Shown in pieces: positions 48,750 to 58,184 of a stretch of 58,184 bases of DNA. The stretch's first letter is position 1. Every line of letters begins with the position of its first letter. A model generated the notes under the pieces. It had not been told where the DNA came from, made no database searches, and worked only from the letters and a program-made list of their open reading frames with translations. The stretch covers positions 1-58,184 of the forward strand of contig DATHPX010000283.1 of assembly GCA_035483335.1 (NCBI GenBank). The letters run 5' to 3'. Position numbers and translations under genes: made by a program. This stretch comes from Caulobacteraceae bacterium. Its GTDB lineage: Bacteria > Pseudomonadota > Alphaproteobacteria > Caulobacterales > Caulobacteraceae.

Positions 48750-49235
48750 TCATTCAGTGCGGCGCTGGGGGCATGGCGGTCGAGGCGCTGCTCGGCGGCC
48801 GCGTCCCCGGCGAGGTTCGTTAGGCGAAGTGGCCCCGGGTGTGGCCGACCCCGTCGTGGGCGATCCGGGCGTTACCCCAGTGGTCCCAGCTGCGCCCGTG
48901 GTCGCCGTTCCGGTCATGGCTGATCCCGTCGCGGCCGCGCCCGTTGCCGCCGGTCCCGTCGCACCGGGCGGTCCGCTCCTGGTGTTTGGGTAAAGCGAAC
49001 TGTTTACGCCCATCGAACCGGCGGAGGTCGCACTCGGCGCGGCCGTCGTCCCGGCGCCGGGCGCCATGCCAGGAGCGGTCGTCGTCCCTGCCCCCGGCGT
49101 TGCCGCCGCGGGCGACCCGGCGGTCCCCGGACCCTGCGCGCCCGCAGCCCCGCTCCCGCCCGTGGCCTGCGCCAACGCCGACGAACTGATGAGCAGGGCG
49201 CCTGCGGCGCCGACAGCGAAAAACCTGAGCATCAT
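48750..49235 (-). CDS. Secreted Gly/Ala/Thr-rich low-complexity protein
   Basis: GAGGAG RBS, signal peptide MMLRFFAVGAAGALLISSSALA, disordered body. Confidence 0.6.
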   Translation of the reverse strand: MMLRFFAVGAAGALLISSSALAQATGGSGAAGAQGPGTAGSPAAATPGAGTTTAPGMAPGAGTTAAPSATSAGSMGVNSSLYPNTRSGPPGATGPAATGAAATGSAMTGTATTGAAGTTGVTPGSPTTGSATPGATSPNEPRRGRGRRAAPRPPCPQRRTE

Positions 49236-49392
49236 CACTCTCCTCAAACCTGCGGTTGAGGCCTTTAACAATCCGCGCGTGCGAGGTTGGTTTCGCGATT
49301 TGGCCGTTGATCCGCTGATCGCGTGCGCAACTCTTGCAGAAGTCGGCTCAAGAAATATCTATCGCGAGTCCGACCTCCGAGCTTAGCAGGCG

Positions 49393-49584
49393 TTGCAGTT
49401 GACCAAACATCATCCGGTAACCGAGGCGGCGCCCGAGAACAGCCTCATCGAACGATCGCAACGGCTGCAGAAGGCCTATCAATCGTCACGGAAGAAGTGG
49501 GCGAAGGCTGTCGGCCGCCCGTATGACGGCGATACGGACCACCGGCCGCCCCCAGGGGAACTCGACGCGGAAGCCGACGAGTAG
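49393..49584 (+). CDS. Small hypothetical protein
   Basis: 63-aa ORF filling an intergenic gap; TTG start, no recognised motif. Confidence 0.35.
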   Translation: MQLTKHHPVTEAAPENSLIERSQRLQKAYQSSRKKWAKAVGRPYDGDTDHRPPPGELDAEADE

Positions 49585-49642
49585 GTCGCCTTCGGGTCAA
49601 CAGCCGTGCTAGGCCGGCCGCAACCCGGGAGGGGGGACGGAT

Positions 49643-50428
49643 TTGGCGCCCTTTCAGTCATCGAGCCCTTTGCGCTTCGCGTTCGTCTCCAGCGACTGGC
49701 CGGAGGCGATCGCCGCACGCGAGCGCCTGGCGCATCTCTACGGCGACGCGCCTGAAGATGAAGCAGATGTCGTTGTGGCCCTGGGCGGCGACGGCTTCAT
49801 GCTGGAGGTGCTGCACCGAAACCTCGCCGCACGTCGCCCGATCTACGGCATGAACCGAGGTTCGGTCGGCTTCCTGATGAACGACTACAGCGAAACCGAC
49901 CTTTGCGCCCGCGTCGCAGCCGCCGAACCGGCCAACATCCATCCGTTGCGGATGGTGGCCGTCGACGCTGAGGGAGGTTCTCGCGAGGCCCTGGCGATCA
50001 ACGACGTCAGCCTCCTGCGCGAGACGCGGCAGGCCGCGAAGCTGCGGATCCTCATCGATGGTCGGACGCGGCTCGACGAACTGATCTGCGATGGGGCGCT
50101 GGTTTCCACCCCCGCCGGATCCACCGCCTACAACCTGTCAGCTCATGGGCCGATCGTTCCGATCAACGCCCAGGTCCTCGCGCTCACTCCGATCAGCGCC
50201 TTCCGGCCACGTCGCTGGCGCGGCGCCCTGCTCTCGCACGACGCCCAGGTGACCTTCGAGATTCTCGAGCCGACGAAGCGGCCCGTGAGCGCCGTTGCCG
50301 ACAATGTGGAGATCCGCAACGTGAGGCGGGTCGACGTGGCCGAAGACAGAACCACGACGCTGGTGCTGCTGTTCGACGCCGGCCGGAGCCTGGAAGAACG
50401 GATCCTGACGGAACAATTCGTCGTTTAG
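49643..50428 (+). CDS. nadK: NAD kinase
   Basis: LGGDGF, GSVGFL, AIND, DG...[16 protein letters not shown]. Confidence 0.93.
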   Translation: MAPFQSSSPLRFAFVSSDWPEAIAARERLAHLYGDAPEDEADVVVALGGDGFMLEVLHRNLAARRPIYGMNRGSVGFLMNDYSETDLCARVAAAEPANIHPLRMVAVDAEGGSREALAINDVSLLRETRQAAKLRILIDGRTRLDELICDGALVSTPAGSTAYNLSAHGPIVPINAQVLALTPISAFRPRRWRGALLSHDAQVTFEILEPTKRPVSAVADNVEIRNVRRVDVAEDRTTTLVLLFDAGRSLEERILTEQFVV

Positions 50429-50536
50429 AGCAAACTCCGCCCAGAACAACTTGCGCGCTCTGGAGCAGGCCCCATTCATTTGAAAGTGTAGAGCCTGATG
50501 GGTTTGCATCTGTTCGGTGCAAACCCATCAGGCTCC
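50426..50536. repeat. CIR/RIME-like two-hairpin intergenic repeat, copy 2
   Basis: Starts tagagcaaac at the nadK TAG; 18-bp hairpin gagcctgatgggtttgca/tgcaaacccatcaggctc; aligns by eye with the reverse complement of 22092-22210. Confidence 0.7.
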
Positions 50537-50549
50537 GGGCGGCGCTCGG

Positions 50550-52853
50550 TCACTCCGAGATGTGTTCGCGCGAGATGGCCTGAGCCGCGATGTCCACATC
50601 CGAGAACGGCAGATGATTCCACTGTTTGTGTGAAAAGAGCCAGGTCTGGTCGGCGTAGTGCGGCGAGGCCGGATCGGTCGACTGCGAATAGGAGAGCAAG
50701 CCGTCGGCCACCGGGCCATTTGCGTCAAAAGTGACGACCTGCATGTAGCTCGATCCGTGGAAGGGGATGTAGCCAACGCCGTCAATCCACGCCGACTGCT
50801 GCGCATCGAGAACACCGTCGAGACCGGGACCGCCGTGGATCGGGATGTGCTGGTCGCCCCGCACGGCGAACTGGACGTCACCCCAGGGGGCGTCGAGCGC
50901 CACATGCCGCGCGCCCAGACGCGCGACGGCTTCGGCCATGGCGGCGGTGACCTTGGCGCTCGTCTCCGCGTCGCGCTTGAGGCCGCGAGGGGTGTGGACG
51001 GGATCTGCGGCGTCAAACGGAACCGCATAGACGGACGGATCCTTGCTGATCTCGTCCCAGAACTCGACGAAGAGGGCCGCGCCGCGGCTGTCGACATTCA
51101 TGCGCCGATCCCAGCGGGCCAGGACGGCGCAGGCGTTTGTGAGATCCGTCACGGCGCCCTCGTGGGACGCGCCGCTCGGATGGGCGGCGCAGATCGCCAG
51201 GACGTCATCCAGCGCCATCTCGGCCGCATAGTTGCGGTCAGCGAAGATCATCGCCTCGACCGCCGCCGGCGTGATGGCGGCCGGCCCTTTGGCGAGTTGG
51301 TCGTGGATCTCGATCAGCCCCGAACGCGTGCGCAGGTTTTGCGGCTCGTCTGTGCGACCGATGATGGGGGAGAAGCTGGAGAACCTGTCCGCGTCGTTGG
51401 CCAGCCAGTAGCTGTCGTTGCTGTTCGCCACGAAATCCTGCCGCACCAGGGCCGGCATAGCCGACGCAGGCGTCAGGCCGCGGACAGGCGAGGCTGGATC
51501 GACGGTCCAGTCACAGGCCGACCTGGAACCGTCGAGCACATAGAGCCGTCCGCTCGCCAATTGGGCGACGGCGGGGGACTTGCCGGCGCAATCGGCCAGC
51601 TTCGCGGCCGGCAGGTCCGGAGTGGCCGTGACGTCCGCGTACAGGACCTCCCCTCCCCGGTCCGTGGCGATGGTGTTCACCCAGGGCGAACCAAGCGTGG
51701 CTAGAGCGAGCCGGATGTCCTGCACCGAACGGGCGCGGTTCACGTCGAGCCAGAAGTCGCCACTGCGCTGGTTGAGGTCGTTGGCGTCCTTCAGGGCGTA
51801 GGCGTGCTGATGATCCCACGCGAGGCCGATCTTCGGACGTTCGACGATTGGGCCGTAGATCGACGTCCAGATCGATCGCTGGACAGGCGCCCCATCCTTC
51901 ACCTCGATAAGCACCGTGCGCCGTTCCATGAGCATCCGCTTGCCGTCGACGAAGTAAGCGGTCGGATCAGCGGGATCGAGGCTGAGCTCAAAAAGGGTGA
52001 AGTGCCGGTCGGTCGAGACGGTGTGGGTCCAGGCCACATCCTTGTTGAAGCCGATGGCGACACCCGGCTGGCCGGACGAGGCCGCCCCCATCACGTCCAG
52101 CTTGCCTGGGATGGTCAGGTGTATCTGGTAGAACCGGTTGGTGGTCAGCCAGGGGAAATGCGGGTTGCCAAGCAGGACGCCGGCTCCGCCCGTCGCCGCG
52201 CGCCCAAACGCCCAGCCGTTGCTGCCCAGGCCCGTCCCGGCTGTCGGATCCGCCGCTTCGGCCGCCGCCGTTTGCGCAGGTCCGCCAGGCGGGGCGGCGG
52301 AAACGATGTAGGGCAACCAGGCGGCGGCGCCGGCCTGGATCATCTTCTCGGCCGTGAGCTTCAGATGATCTTCCAGAGTGATGGGACGGACCCACGCAGC
52401 GCCTCGGCACGGGAGCGGCAGGCCGCCAGGGCCCTTGGTCCTCAGGTAGCGGTTGTAACCGGCGACGTAGCCCCGAACCGAGGCCTGATACTCCGGAGAG
52501 GTCTTCTCGAACGCGGCCAGGAGGGCGGGTCCGTCGAGGAGGGTCCTGAAGAAGGCGTCGCTGTCCAGATTGCGGATGTCGGCGAACGAGACGACCGTCT
52601 TCGCGTCCGGGCCGAAGTACCTGGAGCGTTCTCCGGTGACGGTCACGACGTCGTCGGCCAGCATGCAGACGTTGTCCTCGGCAAAGGCGTAGCCGGCCCC
52701 ATAACCGAGCGAGGCGTAGTCAGCCGCCTTCACGTGGGGAATGCCATAACGAGTCCGGACGATCTCGGCGTCCAGACGAGCCGGGGCCGCTGCAGCGGCG
52801 GTCGACGCCCCGAGAGACGCCAGACCGATAAGCAGGGGCGCTAAGCGTTTCAT
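50550..52853 (-). CDS. Penicillin acylase family Ntn-hydrolase, PvdQ/AHL-acylase-like
   Basis: Signal peptide; YGIPHV, AEDNVC, beta-chain start SNGWAFG, NPHFPW, WTHTVS, NSNDSYW, YSQS. Confidence 0.9.
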   Translation of the reverse strand: MKRLAPLLIGLASLGASTAAAAAPARLDAEIVRTRYGIPHVKAADYASLGYGAGYAFAEDNVCMLADDVVTVTGERSRYFGPDAKTVVSFADIRNLDSDAFFRTLLDGPALLAAFEKTSPEYQASVRGYVAGYNRYLRTKGPGGLPLPCRGAAWVRPITLEDHLKLTAEKMIQAGAAAWLPYIVSAAPPGGPAQTAAAEAADPTAGTGLGSNGWAFGRAATGGAGVLLGNPHFPWLTTNRFYQIHLTIPGKLDVMGAASSGQPGVAIGFNKDVAWTHTVSTDRHFTLFELSLDPADPTAYFVDGKRMLMERRTVLIEVKDGAPVQRSIWTSIYGPIVERPKIGLAWDHQHAYALKDANDLNQRSGDFWLDVNRARSVQDIRLALATLGSPWVNTIATDRGGEVLYADVTATPDLPAAKLADCAGKSPAVAQLASGRLYVLDGSRSACDWTVDPASPVRGLTPASAMPALVRQDFVANSNDSYWLANDADRFSSFSPIIGRTDEPQNLRTRSGLIEIHDQLAKGPAAITPAAVEAMIFADRNYAAEMALDDVLAICAAHPSGASHEGAVTDLTNACAVLARWDRRMNVDSRGAALFVEFWDEISKDPSVYAVPFDAADPVHTPRGLKRDAETSAKVTAAMAEAVARLGARHVALDAPWGDVQFAVRGDQHIPIHGGPGLDGVLDAQQSAWIDGVGYIPFHGSSYMQVVTFDANGPVADGLLSYSQSTDPASPHYADQTWLFSHKQWNHLPFSDVDIAAQAISREHISE

Positions 52854-53038
52854 GTCCGGTCCAACTCTCCGCGCAATTCATACCGGTACGCGCCCTTGGA
52901 AGCGCAACCGTACATTATGTCTTTGTTTCAGAAGGCGTCTTCACCCGGAGACCGATTCCCGATCTCCGCAAAGCGCCGCGCGGCGTTGATACAAGCTCGA
53001 CTTTGGAAGCGCCATCCCAGGCCGGCGCCACGGCGCCC

Positions 53039-53815
53039 TCACATGGCGGTGGCGAGGGACTCGGTGACAGCGCCGTAGCCGGCGTCCGGTGGGATGGTGA
53101 GGGCGCGGCCCTCCGGCGTGTCGACAAGCTTGGGCTCGACCGTCACCAGGGTGCGTTCCTGCGCCCGCCGAACGGCGTCGACCGCCCCCGCCGCCTCGGC
53201 GAGGAGCTGCAGGTTCATCCGTGTCGGGAAGATCACCTTGCGCTCGCCCAGGGCCGCGAGCCGCAGGGCCTCCGAGGGTGCGATCCACTCGGCGTCCACC
53301 GTCTCCCAGCCATCGCAAAGCGCCAGTTGATCGGCGGGCGCCGCGGCGATGTAGAACCACGTGTCGAACCGCTTGGGCATCATTTCCGGGGTGATCCAGC
53401 GCGCGAAGACGCTGAGCGCGTCGAGGTCCAGCTTCACGCCCAGTTCGGTAACCAGATTGAGGAAGGAACGGCGGTCGTGGGCGACATCGTCGCGCGCCAG
53501 CGCGGCGCGCTCGTCGCCTCGGAAATGCCCCCCGTCCGCGTGGCGGGCGAGAAGGATGCCGGTCTCCTCATAGGCTTCGCGGATCGCGGCGATGCCCAAG
53601 GGCCTCGCAAGCGGGTCCGCGGCCTCCCAGCCAAGGGCCCTCCCCTGCCACGCAGGATCATGATCGCCCGCGTGGGTCTTCCCGCCTGGAAACACCAGGG
53701 CGCCGGAGGCGAAATCGATCTGATGGTGCCGCTTGACCATCAGCACCTCGAACGACGGCTCGTCACGCACGAGCAGGATGGTGGCGGCCGGAACGGGCGT
53801 GACGACATCGGGCAT
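53039..53815 (-). CDS. Nudix hydrolase (Nudt19/acyl-CoA diphosphatase-like)
   Basis: PAATILL, VFPGG, IREAYEETG, WITP...KRFDT. Confidence 0.85.
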   Translation of the reverse strand: MPDVVTPVPAATILLVRDEPSFEVLMVKRHHQIDFASGALVFPGGKTHAGDHDPAWQGRALGWEAADPLARPLGIAAIREAYEETGILLARHADGGHFRGDERAALARDDVAHDRRSFLNLVTELGVKLDLDALSVFARWITPEMMPKRFDTWFYIAAAPADQLALCDGWETVDAEWIAPSEALRLAALGERKVIFPTRMNLQLLAEAAGAVDAVRRAQERTLVTVEPKLVDTPEGRALTIPPDAGYGAVTESLATAM

Positions 53816-53861
53816 GGATCAACCTTTGGAACGGGTTAGTGGCCGACGTGCCGGCCCTGGA

Positions 53862-55175
53862 TCAGGCCAGCTGGTAGCGGATCGGCACGTATTTCGGTCC
53901 GCCGACGAACGCGCCTTCCGATCGCCGAGGCGTCCCGGCGAACTCGATCGACTTCAGCCGCGGCATGAGTTCCTCGAACAGGATCCGCATTTCCATCCGC
54001 GCCAGATGCTGGCCGAGGCAAAGGTGCGCGCCATAGCCGAATGAGAGCAGGCGGTTGGGGCTGCGCTCGGGCCTGAACACGTCAGGCTGGTCGAACACCT
54101 CCTCATCGCGATTTCCCGAGGGATAGCAGAGCATCAGCCAATCGCCCTTGGGGATCTTCTGGCCGCGGACTTCGGCGTCGGCCGTGGCCGAGCGCATGAA
54201 GTGCTTGACCGGCGTGGTCCAGCGCACCGCCTCGTCCACCAGGCCCGGGATGAGCGAGAGGTCGCCCTTCACCGTCTTGAAGGCCTCAGGATACTCGCAC
54301 ATGCCCCACACCGCCCCGGCGGTGGACGAGGATGTCGTATCGTGCCCGGCGGTGGCGACGATGACGTAGTAGCCCATCGCCTCGAAGTCGTTGATCGGAG
54401 CGCCGTCGATCTTGCCATTGGCGATCGCAGTCGCCAGGTCGGACCCCGGACTGGCCTTGCGCGCGTCCGTGATCGATTTGAAATACATGAAGAAGTCGGC
54501 AATCGTCGCCTGGATGTCCTGCAGGCCGCCGCCGCCCTCCGGCTCCGAACGATCCGACTTTGAACGGTTCAGGTCCGGATCGGCGGCGCCGAACAGTTCC
54601 TGTGTCAGCTTCAGCATCCGCGGCTCGTCCTCGCGCGGGACGCCGAGGATCTCCATGATCACCCGCAGCGGATAGGTCAGCGCAACGTCCTTCACGAAGT
54701 CGCACTCGCCGCCCAGATCAGCCATCCGATCGACGTGCTCCTTGGCGATCTCCCGGATCCTCGCCTCCAGGCCGCGGATGTTCTGCGGCAGGAACCAGGA
54801 CTGGGTAAGCAGCCGGTACTTCGGGTGATCCGGCGCATCCATCTGAACGAGGGTGCGCAGCAGGTGCGGGCTGCCGCCGGTCATGGCTCGCACCGTCTTG
54901 TCGCCCTCGATCGAGGTGAAGGTCGTGGCCCTGTCGCCCGAATGGAAGAGGTCGTTCTGCCGGCTGATCTCGAGGATGTCGGCGTGTTTGCTGACGATCC
55001 AGAACGGATAGATCCCCTCCACCTCCGCACGGCCGAGCGGGACGTTGGCGCGCAGCCAGCGGAAGGCCTCGTGCACAGGCGCATCGGCCGCGTAGGCCTT
55101 GGGTGTGATCACGGTCCGGGCGATCTCGTCCGGGACCGCGGGAAAGTGATCAACTCTGTCGAGGGTGTCGCTCAT
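53862..55175 (-). CDS. Cytochrome P450, CYP108 (P450terp-like)
   Basis: N-terminus IARTVITPKAYA...FRWLR resembles P450terp; ATAGHDTT, EAVR, FGYGAHLCLG. Confidence 0.9.
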   Translation of the reverse strand: MSDTLDRVDHFPAVPDEIARTVITPKAYAADAPVHEAFRWLRANVPLGRAEVEGIYPFWIVSKHADILEISRQNDLFHSGDRATTFTSIEGDKTVRAMTGGSPHLLRTLVQMDAPDHPKYRLLTQSWFLPQNIRGLEARIREIAKEHVDRMADLGGECDFVKDVALTYPLRVIMEILGVPREDEPRMLKLTQELFGAADPDLNRSKSDRSEPEGGGGLQDIQATIADFFMYFKSITDARKASPGSDLATAIANGKIDGAPINDFEAMGYYVIVATAGHDTTSSSTAGAVWGMCEYPEAFKTVKGDLSLIPGLVDEAVRWTTPVKHFMRSATADAEVRGQKIPKGDWLMLCYPSGNRDEEVFDQPDVFRPERSPNRLLSFGYGAHLCLGQHLARMEMRILFEELMPRLKSIEFAGTPRRSEGAFVGGPKYVPIRYQLA

Positions 55176-55237
55176 GACCTCAACTCGCCTCCAGATGACT
55201 TCGCGTCAGTCCACTTCAATCGTCACGCCGGCGCGGC

Positions 55238-56854
55238 TCACGCAAGGATGAAGCCTTCGTAGCCCGCGGCCGCGACCTCCTCGCATTTCCGGCGATAACC
55301 GGCGCCGATGTACGGCATGAACACCCGGGGCTTCCCCGGAATGTTGGCTCCCATGTACCAGGACGCGGCGCGCGGGAAGAGCGTCTTGTCGGCGACGGCC
55401 GCCACGTGCGCCACCCATGTGTCCTGGGCCGCTTCGTCCGCCTCGATCCGGGTGCGATCGGCTTCGCGCATCTCGCCCAGGCAGCGGATGATCCACTCCA
55501 CGTGCTGCTCGATGGAGTTGATCATGTTCGACAGCACGCTGGGGCTGCCGGGCCCAGTGATTACGAACATGTTGGGGAAGCCCGCGACCGCCAGGCCAAG
55601 ATAGGCGCACGGACCGGCGGCCCAGGCCTCTCGAAGTTCCGCTCCGCCGGCTCCGCGGATGTCGATGGAAAGCAGAGCCCCAGTCATGGCGTCGAAGCCA
55701 GTGGCGAAGACCAGGGCGTCGAGTGGGTAAGTCTCCGTCGAGGTGCGCACGCCCTCGGCCGTGATTCCCTCGATGGGCGTGTCGCGCAGGTTCACCAGGT
55801 CGACGTTCGGACGATTGAACGTCTCGTAGTAGCCGGTGTCGACACAGATCCGCTTGGTTCCGATCGGATGGTCGCGGGGTCCCAGCACTTCGGCCACCAA
55901 GGGGTCCTTCACCATCTCGGCGATCTTGGCCCGGACGAAGCTCGCGGCCTCCTCGTTCACCTCCAGGCTGGTGAGAAGGTTGCCCCAGACGGCGAGGAAG
56001 CCGGCGCCGCCGAGCGCCCAGAGCTCCTCATAGCGCGCCTGCCTGGCCTCCGCGGTCTCCGGCGGGGCGTTCACGGGGTTCCCGCCGAAGCCCATCCCCG
56101 GGCCCTTCACCAGCCCCATGTAGTCGTCATAGCCCTTCCAGAAGACGGCGATGTCGCGCTCGGTCAGAGGCGCGTTACGCGCCGGCACGCTGAAGTTCGC
56201 AGTCCGCTGGAATACGGTCAGGCGGCTCGCCTGATCGGCGATGATCGGGATGGACTGGATGCCCGAGGAGCCGGTGCCGATCACCCCAACCCTCTGGCCG
56301 GTGAAGTCGACGCCCTCATGAGGCCAGGCGCCTGTGTGATAGGTCGGACCGGCGAAGGTCTCGACGCCGGGAATTGCCGGCGCGCGCGGGGTAGAAAGGC
56401 ATCCCGCAGCCATGATCAGCCAACGGGCCGACACCTCGTCACCGCGGTCGGTGACGACCGCCCAGCGATCCGCCGCCTCGTCGAACGTGACCGATAGGAC
56501 CCGCGTCTCGAAGGCGATCATCGACCGGAGGTCGAAACGGTCGGCGACGTGGCTGGCGTAGGCGAGGATCTCGGGCTGGGCGGCGTACCTCTCGCTCCAA
56601 CGCCAGTCGCGCTGCAGCTCGTCCGACCACTTGTACGAGTAGAACATGCTGGGGATGTCGCAGCGCGCGCCGGGATAGCGGTTCCAGTACCAGGTGCCGC
56701 CGACATCGCCGCCCGCCTCGAAACCCTGAACGGAGAAACCCTGCTCGCGGAGCTTGTGGAGCATGTACATGCCCCCGAAACCGGCTCCGACGACCACAGC
56801 ATCCACCTGCGCGCCGCGCATCGGCGCGCGCGCCATTGTCGAACCCTCCGCCAA
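55238..56854 (-). CDS. Type I Baeyer-Villiger monooxygenase
   Basis: GAGFGG, GGTWYWNRYPGARCD, fingerprint FAGPTYHTGAWP, GTGSSG, ATGFDA. Confidence 0.95.
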   Translation of the reverse strand: MAEGSTMARAPMRGAQVDAVVVGAGFGGMYMLHKLREQGFSVQGFEAGGDVGGTWYWNRYPGARCDIPSMFYSYKWSDELQRDWRWSERYAAQPEILAYASHVADRFDLRSMIAFETRVLSVTFDEAADRWAVVTDRGDEVSARWLIMAAGCLSTPRAPAIPGVETFAGPTYHTGAWPHEGVDFTGQRVGVIGTGSSGIQSIPIIADQASRLTVFQRTANFSVPARNAPLTERDIAVFWKGYDDYMGLVKGPGMGFGGNPVNAPPETAEARQARYEELWALGGAGFLAVWGNLLTSLEVNEEAASFVRAKIAEMVKDPLVAEVLGPRDHPIGTKRICVDTGYYETFNRPNVDLVNLRDTPIEGITAEGVRTSTETYPLDALVFATGFDAMTGALLSIDIRGAGGAELREAWAAGPCAYLGLAVAGFPNMFVITGPGSPSVLSNMINSIEQHVEWIIRCLGEMREADRTRIEADEAAQDTWVAHVAAVADKTLFPRAASWYMGANIPGKPRVFMPYIGAGYRRKCEEVAAAGYEGFILA

Positions 56855-56880
56855 GTCTCTCGTCCTTCCCTGCTGCCTTG

Positions 56881-58104
56881 TTAGTTGCCGCGCACCTGCC
56901 GGAACGGGACGTCGCGGTCGACCTCCGGTTCTTTCGGCAAGCCTAGCACCCGCTCGCCGATGATGTTGCGCTGGATCTGGTCGGTGCCGCCGCCGATGGA
57001 TGTGAAATAGGCGTTGAGCGTGAGGAAGTTGGCATCCTCGGCGCGGGGATGATCCGGCCCTTCCAGCAGGCTCTCGGCGCCCAGGATCAGGGTTCGGACC
57101 CGGGCCTCCTCATGCAGGATCCGGGACATGGCCAGCTTGCCCAGGCTCATCACTGGCGAAGACGTTCCCTGCGCTAGATCCGCCTTGGCGCGCGCGGTGT
57201 TGAGGGCGTTCAGCCGCCGCCAGGCGATCACCTTGGCGATCTCCTGGCGGATCAACGGATCGCCGAGGACGCCGGCCTCACGGGCCAGGGCGATCAGGGG
57301 TTCCTCGCCCTCAGACTCCCGCACGCCGCTGCGCGGCCCCCGCGCGCCCTCACCCATCACTGATCGCTCGTAGGCCAAGGCGGTCTGAAGCACGCGCCAG
57401 CCGCCGTTCAAGGGGCCCAACAGATTCTCGGCCGGGACCACGGCCTCGGTGATGAACACCTCATTGAAGTGGCTCTCGTCGGTGATCTGGCGCAGGGGAC
57501 GAACCTCCACGCCCTTCTGCTTCATCGGCAGGAAGAAGAAGCTGATCCCGCTGTGCTTGGACGCATCCCAGTCTGTGCGCGCGATCAGCATCCCGTAGTC
57601 GGCGCTTGCCGCTCCGGAGGTCCACACCTTCTGGCCGTTGACGACGAAGTGGTCTCCCTGGCGATCGGCCCGCGTCCTCACTCCCGCCAAGTCCGACCCG
57701 GCGCCTGGCTCCGAGTAGAGCAGGCACATGCCCACCTCGTTGCGCAGCAGCTGGGGCACGATCTTCGTCTTGAACGAGGGCGTGGCGTAGGCCAGGGCCG
57801 TGTTCGCCCAGAGGTTGGTGCGGTCCTGCCCGCTTCCGGGCGCGCCGACGACGGCGAACTCGCGCTCGACGATCCGGGCCTGGGCGTCGGAGAGGCCGCG
57901 GCCGAACCACTCGGCCGACCAACGTGGCGCAGCCCAGCGCGCCTCCACCACTTTTGCCAGCCATTCCCGGTGCTCAGGCGTGGTGGTCCAGCCCGCCCCG
58001 CCCGGGGTCGGTCGCGACCTTGGCAAACCCTTCCAGTTGTTCGCAAGCCAGGCGCGGACCTCCTCGCGCAGGGCCTCGTCGGCGATAACTGTTCCGTCGG
58101 CCAT
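56881..58104 (-). CDS. Acyl-CoA dehydrogenase family
   Basis: YSEPGAGSDLA, NGQKVWTS, FNEVF, SIGGGTDQIQRNIIGERVLGLP. Confidence 0.93.
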   Translation of the reverse strand: MADGTVIADEALREEVRAWLANNWKGLPRSRPTPGGAGWTTTPEHREWLAKVVEARWAAPRWSAEWFGRGLSDAQARIVEREFAVVGAPGSGQDRTNLWANTALAYATPSFKTKIVPQLLRNEVGMCLLYSEPGAGSDLAGVRTRADRQGDHFVVNGQKVWTSGAASADYGMLIARTDWDASKHSGISFFFLPMKQKGVEVRPLRQITDESHFNEVFITEAVVPAENLLGPLNGGWRVLQTALAYERSVMGEGARGPRSGVRESEGEEPLIALAREAGVLGDPLIRQEIAKVIAWRRLNALNTARAKADLAQGTSSPVMSLGKLAMSRILHEEARVRTLILGAESLLEGPDHPRAEDANFLTLNAYFTSIGGGTDQIQRNIIGERVLGLPKEPEVDRDVPFRQVRGN

Positions 58105-58105
58105 G

Positions 58106-58184
58106 TCAGGCTCCCAGCGCCTCGAGATAGCGTTCGCGATACACGTGCGGAGCTCCGAAGAGCTGCGTGTCGGCGCGGGCGCGG
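58106..58184 (-). CDS. 3' end of an upstream gene, probably a second acyl-CoA dehydrogenase subunit (partial)
   Basis: Manual translation ...RARADTQLFGAPHVYRERYLEALGA*; the stop codon is separated by 1 nt from the next ATG. Confidence 0.6.
   Translation of the reverse strand, partial: RARADTQLFGAPHVYRERYLEALGA

Overview
High-GC alphaproteobacterial chromosome segment. Gene content and repeat families point to Caulobacteraceae (Phenylobacterium-like); this is inference. It holds about 50 CDS and no recognisable rRNA, tRNA, CRISPR array, integrase or transposase. The left part (1-23.8 kb) is housekeeping and lipid metabolism (aatA, uvrD, cysE, queF, kup, an ABC pair without a binding protein, thiolase-like protein, esterase). 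An accessory block at about 24-42 kb holds a LuxR regulator and soluble PAS kinase, DUF1254-DUF2092-secreted Gly-rich protein, DUF3313, and a hlyD-rbbA-yhhJ-OMF-ppk2-DUF2254 operon. A TCAGG-N5/6-CCCG-like motif recurs in its intergenic regions. The right part holds arfB, a likely sigmaT/EcfG stress cluster, nadK, a PvdQ-like acylase and an ACAD-BVMO-CYP108-Nudix cluster. The most unusual signal is an unannotated transcription unit of about 190 nt at 23.9-24.1 kb. It has a sigma70 promoter, a 16-nt perfect complement of the 16S rRNA 3' end, a 19-codon ORF folded into a long rod, and a terminator with an alternative pairing partner. A second three-hairpin sRNA candidate lies at 28.6-28.7 kb. All family calls come from motif recognition by eye; no searches were run.
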